Shown here: one piece after another, positions 60,191 to 64,000 of the stretch
Layout of the letters: every line of letters starts with the position of its first letter
Numbering within the stretch: the stretch's first letter is position 1
Virus record (IMG/VR): IMGVR_UViG_3300033149_003379
Location: 4,220-68,219 of that record
Source: a virus
Length of the DNA stretch: 64,000 nt
Direction: 5' to 3' (one strand)
Notes under the pieces: generated by a model
What the model was told of the DNA's origin: nothing
Database searches by the model: none
The model's input: only the letters and a program-made list of their open reading frames with translations
Program-made: the position numbers and the translations under genes

Positions 60191-61227
60191 AAGCTCTGTA
60201 CGGTTATTTCGGAGAGATTACTGAACACAATTTGAAGTATCCAGGACATCCTCTATATCAGTTGAATTTGCTCTCTTCGTTGAGCAACTATTTCGGTATA
60301 GACAAGTTCGATATACTTCACTATACTGATGATGAGGATCGCAACGGTATCTCTATTCATGCAGATCTTCGGTCTAGTCTTCTTGAATCTCTTGTGGGAG
60401 ATCGGTACCGAGGTGTGCTTCCTTCAGAATTGGACTACGACATAGTGATTCTTAAGCATCGCTTTCGCAACTTGTCTAGACTCCATGATACAAGGTTGAG
60501 TGATGTTTCTATCTATGAAGAGATGCTTGATGTCTGCAGACATAACGGTATTCCAACATATGTCATCGATTCCGATTTTTCTATTCATCCGTCATTCTGG
60601 AGGAGATTTCCTCATGTGAAGATTCTGTCGTTTGCGGACAATCTGGATATCTATCCTAGAGATGTAGATGTCACGAAACTCTCGCCGACCTCAGACGTTC
60701 TTCTTAGGATGATTCCTACGGAGGCAACAAATCGTCCTCATGATTGTTTCGTCTATGATGGAAATCCGTATTTTAAGGATTCGATGTTAATTGAGAGCAT
60801 GGAAGTTCTTCTCAGAAGTGACTCAATGATTGAGGAAGGCTTGATTCTAGGGAAAGGCTGGAAGGAATATCCGATCTATGTTAGTAGACCAGTAGAACAC
60901 TTTGGAAGGGATCGTAGAATTGAGTTTTACAAGAAGGCTCTTATGCGTGGAGCATGCACAGTAAATATAACTAAGAAGGCGTATGAGGAGAATAGATTCG
61001 TCTCTCCTAGGATCGTCGAAGCATTTATTCTTGGAGTATTTCCATTAGTTCCTAGCGGATACACCTTCATGCCAGAAGACCTTCGGTTCTCTTCTATCTC
61101 AGAACTAAGAGAGAAAGCCTTTTTCTTCTGTGAAACATATAATCCGAATTTGCTCCTAAAGTATGCATATGAAATGTTCCGAGAGCTGCGAAGTCTTGGA
61201 TTCGAGGGAATTCACGATGAGCTATAG
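60187..61227 (+). CDS. GT-B glycosyltransferase, DNA beta-glucosyltransferase-like
   Basis: YDGN.Y; TVNITK..Y....FVSPRIVEA; next to the TS-family gene. Confidence 0.6.
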   Translation: MKALYGYFGEITEHNLKYPGHPLYQLNLLSSLSNYFGIDKFDILHYTDDEDRNGISIHADLRSSLLESLVGDRYRGVLPSELDYDIVILKHRFRNLSRLHDTRLSDVSIYEEMLDVCRHNGIPTYVIDSDFSIHPSFWRRFPHVKILSFADNLDIYPRDVDVTKLSPTSDVLLRMIPTEATNRPHDCFVYDGNPYFKDSMLIESMEVLLRSDSMIEEGLILGKGWKEYPIYVSRPVEHFGRDRRIEFYKKALMRGACTVNITKKAYEENRFVSPRIVEAFILGVFPLVPSGYTFMPEDLRFSSISELREKAFFFCETYNPNLLLKYAYEMFRELRSLGFEGIHDEL

Positions 61228-62083
61228 AAACACGTTCGTACAAGATTCAATTGACCTTCTCTATAGAGACTTGGCATATGAGATACTCCATAATGGAGAA
61301 GATGTCACTGCGAGAGGTCTCAAGTTCAAGGAGATTCGATTCATTCATGCTATCTTGAATGACCCATTAAATAGGATTGTGACTAATCCATCGAGGCAGA
61401 TCAGTAAAAAGTTCGCTATGGCAGAGTTCATCTGGATGATGAATGGGCAAGACGATCTTGAGATGATTTCGTACTACAATCGACGAATGAAGAACTTCTC
61501 AGATGACGATAAGATTCTTCATGGAGCATATGGTCCAAGGCTTAGAAATTGGCCTATAGAGGGAGAGACCTTCGGATTGGACCAAATTGGAGATTGCCTT
61601 GGTCGGTTGCAAAGAGACATCTACACCCGTCAAGCTGTGATTGTCATCCTCAATCCTGGAAGAGACTTCACAGTTAGAACAAAAGATATTCCATGTAATG
61701 ACCTCCTCCAATTTATGTATCGAGAACATAGGCTTGATCTAGCGTGTTATGTTCGATCAAATGACCTTCTTTGGGGAGTGCCGTATGACATCTTTCACTG
61801 GACTATGTTGCAAGAGCTCTTTGCTAAGATTCTGAAGGTTCCTGTTGGTAGGTATCATCACTTTGTAGGTAGTATGCATATTTATGAGAAGGACTACGGT
61901 AAATTCGGAGAAATCATTAGGAATACACCTATGACTAAAGGGATGCCTGAAATGCCTCCTCATGATGACTTGAGCATTCTCAAGAAGCTCGCTCAAGCAG
62001 AAAAATCACATAGATGTGGTCTCAAAACGAAAGTGTCACTTCCAGACTATTGGAAGAATCTTCTTTCGTGGTTGGAGATGTGA
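61217..62083 (+). CDS. Thymidylate synthase-family enzyme, probably dCMP hydroxymethylase-like
   Basis: GAYGPR; TRQA; DIPC; RSNDLLWGVPYD (Asp at the Asn177-equivalent position); SMHIY. Confidence 0.75.
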   Translation: MSYRNTFVQDSIDLLYRDLAYEILHNGEDVTARGLKFKEIRFIHAILNDPLNRIVTNPSRQISKKFAMAEFIWMMNGQDDLEMISYYNRRMKNFSDDDKILHGAYGPRLRNWPIEGETFGLDQIGDCLGRLQRDIYTRQAVIVILNPGRDFTVRTKDIPCNDLLQFMYREHRLDLACYVRSNDLLWGVPYDIFHWTMLQELFAKILKVPVGRYHHFVGSMHIYEKDYGKFGEIIRNTPMTKGMPEMPPHDDLSILKKLAQAEKSHRCGLKTKVSLPDYWKNLLSWLEM

Positions 62084-63723
62084 TGATCGACATTGAGAAA
62101 CTCTACTTAGAAGGTATTAAGTCTGACTTCATTGCAGTAGATACTGAAACTACAGGTTTGAACTGGCAAATTGCAGAACTTGTAGGAGTAGGTATCGGAA
62201 ATCTCGAATGGTGTTATTGGGTTCCAGGAGACATGTTCAAAGAATATCATTATGTGTTTGAAGACCTGTTTGAAAAGGTTCCTGTCGTAATGCATAATGC
62301 TAAATACGACCTTCACATTCTCGATAAGTATATGGACAACAAGGTTCTTGAGAACATGACTCTACACGACACCATGATTATGTCAGCGCTTCTAGACGAG
62401 AATACCTCTCATACTCTTCAAGGTCTGATACAGCAAAGGTTCGGTTTGTTCAGAGATGAAAAGAATGTCGGTAAGATGAATGAAAGTGAACTCGCTGAGC
62501 ACTGTTTGAAGGACGTATTTGATACAGCGGTTCTCTTCAAAGAATTCACGCCAGAGATTACTCAAAATGACCTCGAGAATGCCTATTTAGTTGAAAGGCA
62601 AATGGTTAAGGTCCTTTGGCAAATGGAGAAGAAAGGAGTGCTTATAGACGTGAAGTACCTTGAAGAGTTCAGAGAAAAGCTCATCAAGGAGATCGAGGAG
62701 CTGAAGAGGACCTTTCCTCCAGACTTGAACCTAATCTCTCCGAAGCAAGTAGGAAAATATCTATTTGAGACACTAAAGCTGACTCCAAAAGGTTATACAA
62801 AGAAAGGAACTCCGTCTACGGATGAGAAGTTTTTATCGTTGATGCCTGATGAGGAAGCGAAAAGGATCGTACATTTCAGAGAATTGTCGCATACTCTCTC
62901 TACTTTTGTTGATGCGTATTTGTCTCAAATTGATAAGTCAAATCGGCTACATTGTGAGTTCAAGCAGCTTGGAGCTCGCACAGGTAGAATGAGCTGTAAA
63001 AAGCCCAATTTGCAGCAAGTTGCTAAAGAAGAGGCCGTACGAAGAATCTTTATCGGTGAAGAAAATATACTTGCGGCAGATTATCACCAGATGGAAGCAG
63101 TATTGTACGCGCATTTCTCTGGTGATGAAAAGTTTATACAGATGTTCTATGACAATCCGGATGTCTATTCCGTATTTGCATCACAGATCTTTCATGTTCC
63201 GATAGATAAAGTTCGAGAACCTTGTGTAATCATTCAAGACAAGACCTATCGAGATGTCGCGAAAGGCATCGTTTTAGGTATGATGTACGGTATGGGAGAA
63301 AAGAAATTCAAAGAAATAACTGGAGAAGCGTTGTTTCCTGAGTTGTTAGAGAAGTTCCCCGTATTGTACAATTACGGTAGGCAAGTAAGTGTTTTCACGA
63401 TGGAGAATGGATATGTTCGAACTCTTCTTGGAAGATATCGACATCTACCTCCTCATGCAGCCTATAAAGGTGTGAATGCGAAGGTTCAAGGAAGCGCTTC
63501 AGATGTAGTCAAACTTGTGATGATTTCACTGCCGAAGAGTATTCAAGAGAGGATGTTGATTCAGGTTCACGATGAATTACTGTTTGAGAATATCACGTCA
63601 GATGAGGCAAACATTATTAGGGAATGTATGACTGACTTTAATTTGAAAGTACCATTGAAAGTAAATATAGGTATAGGACCTAATTGGTGGGAGGCAAGCG
63701 AGAATGCAACATTATTCGCATAG
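62083..63723 (+). CDS. polA: DNA polymerase family A with 3'-5' exonuclease
   Basis: DTETTGL; HNAKYD; TGRMS..PNLQQ; DYHQME; K...LG..YG; QGSASD; VHDEL. Confidence 0.9.
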   Translation: MIDIEKLYLEGIKSDFIAVDTETTGLNWQIAELVGVGIGNLEWCYWVPGDMFKEYHYVFEDLFEKVPVVMHNAKYDLHILDKYMDNKVLENMTLHDTMIMSALLDENTSHTLQGLIQQRFGLFRDEKNVGKMNESELAEHCLKDVFDTAVLFKEFTPEITQNDLENAYLVERQMVKVLWQMEKKGVLIDVKYLEEFREKLIKEIEELKRTFPPDLNLISPKQVGKYLFETLKLTPKGYTKKGTPSTDEKFLSLMPDEEAKRIVHFRELSHTLSTFVDAYLSQIDKSNRLHCEFKQLGARTGRMSCKKPNLQQVAKEEAVRRIFIGEENILAADYHQMEAVLYAHFSGDEKFIQMFYDNPDVYSVFASQIFHVPIDKVREPCVIIQDKTYRDVAKGIVLGMMYGMGEKKFKEITGEALFPELLEKFPVLYNYGRQVSVFTMENGYVRTLLGRYRHLPPHAAYKGVNAKVQGSASDVVKLVMISLPKSIQERMLIQVHDELLFENITSDEANIIRECMTDFNLKVPLKVNIGIGPNWWEASENATLFA

Positions 63724-64000
63724 GCTCTCTTGGGATGAGTATTTCTGTAAGTTCGTAGAGATTGCTGAGCAACGAAGTTCCTGCTTGCGAAGACAAGTTG
63801 GAGCAGTATTAGTAAAGGATAGAGCAATAATTTCAATTGCATACAATGGAGCACCTTCAGGTATTCCTGAGTGCAAAGTTTGTGTCAGAGAAGGGTCAGA
63901 TTCAGGATACAACCTCGACAATTGTCTAGCAGTCCATGCTGAAGTGAATGCGATACTCCTAGCCGCTAAGTTCGGCCGGAGCTCGGACGGAGCTGTCTTA
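63704..64000 (+). CDS. dCMP deaminase (3' truncated; not in the ORF track)
   Basis: Translated by hand: SWDEYF...RSSCLRRQVGAVLV...YNG...HAEVNA. Confidence 0.88.
   Translation, partial: MQHYSHRLSWDEYFCKFVEIAEQRSSCLRRQVGAVLVKDRAIISIAYNGAPSGIPECKVCVREGSDSGYNLDNCLAVHAEVNAILLAAKFGRSSDGAVL

Noticed and set aside
61217-62083. Calling this gene canonical thyA
   Set aside because: Asp replaces the dUMP-specifying Asn, thyX is already present, and the context is a DNA modification cluster.

Overview
About 64 kb of a large tailed dsDNA virus genome (siphovirus-like, HK97-fold), almost all on the + strand. The host is probably bacterial, judging from GGAGG RBSs, TGnTATAAT promoters, a family-A polymerase and a CHC2/TOPRIM primase. 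From left to right: (1) a 5'-truncated Ro60/TROVE gene followed by four tandem structured Y-RNA-like elements; (2) a ~13 kb operon of large proteins built from short shared N-terminal modules (PPRPGLVFDRxxHRWxRP or LxPGxxPPxGAxxxxGPRGGRYY) fused to variable enzymatic domains (five ADP-ribosyltransferase-like domains, an HD hydrolase, a GNAT, a zincin), inferred to be virion-packaged effectors; (3) a repeat-rich non-coding gap and three minus-strand genes; (4) an early/accessory region with many small ORFs, three tRNAs, thyX, a nucleotidyltransferase, an amidoligase plus GATase, and a candidate anti-SD sRNA; (5) head and tail morphogenesis genes with an embedded glycosylation cassette; (6) replication and probable cytosine-hypermodification genes (primase, SSB, MazG-like, kinase, UDG-like, glycosyltransferase, dCMP-hydroxymethylase-like, PolA, dCMP deaminase). 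Several genes are interrupted, which may be real or an assembly error. All protein assignments come from motif recognition by eye; no searches were run.
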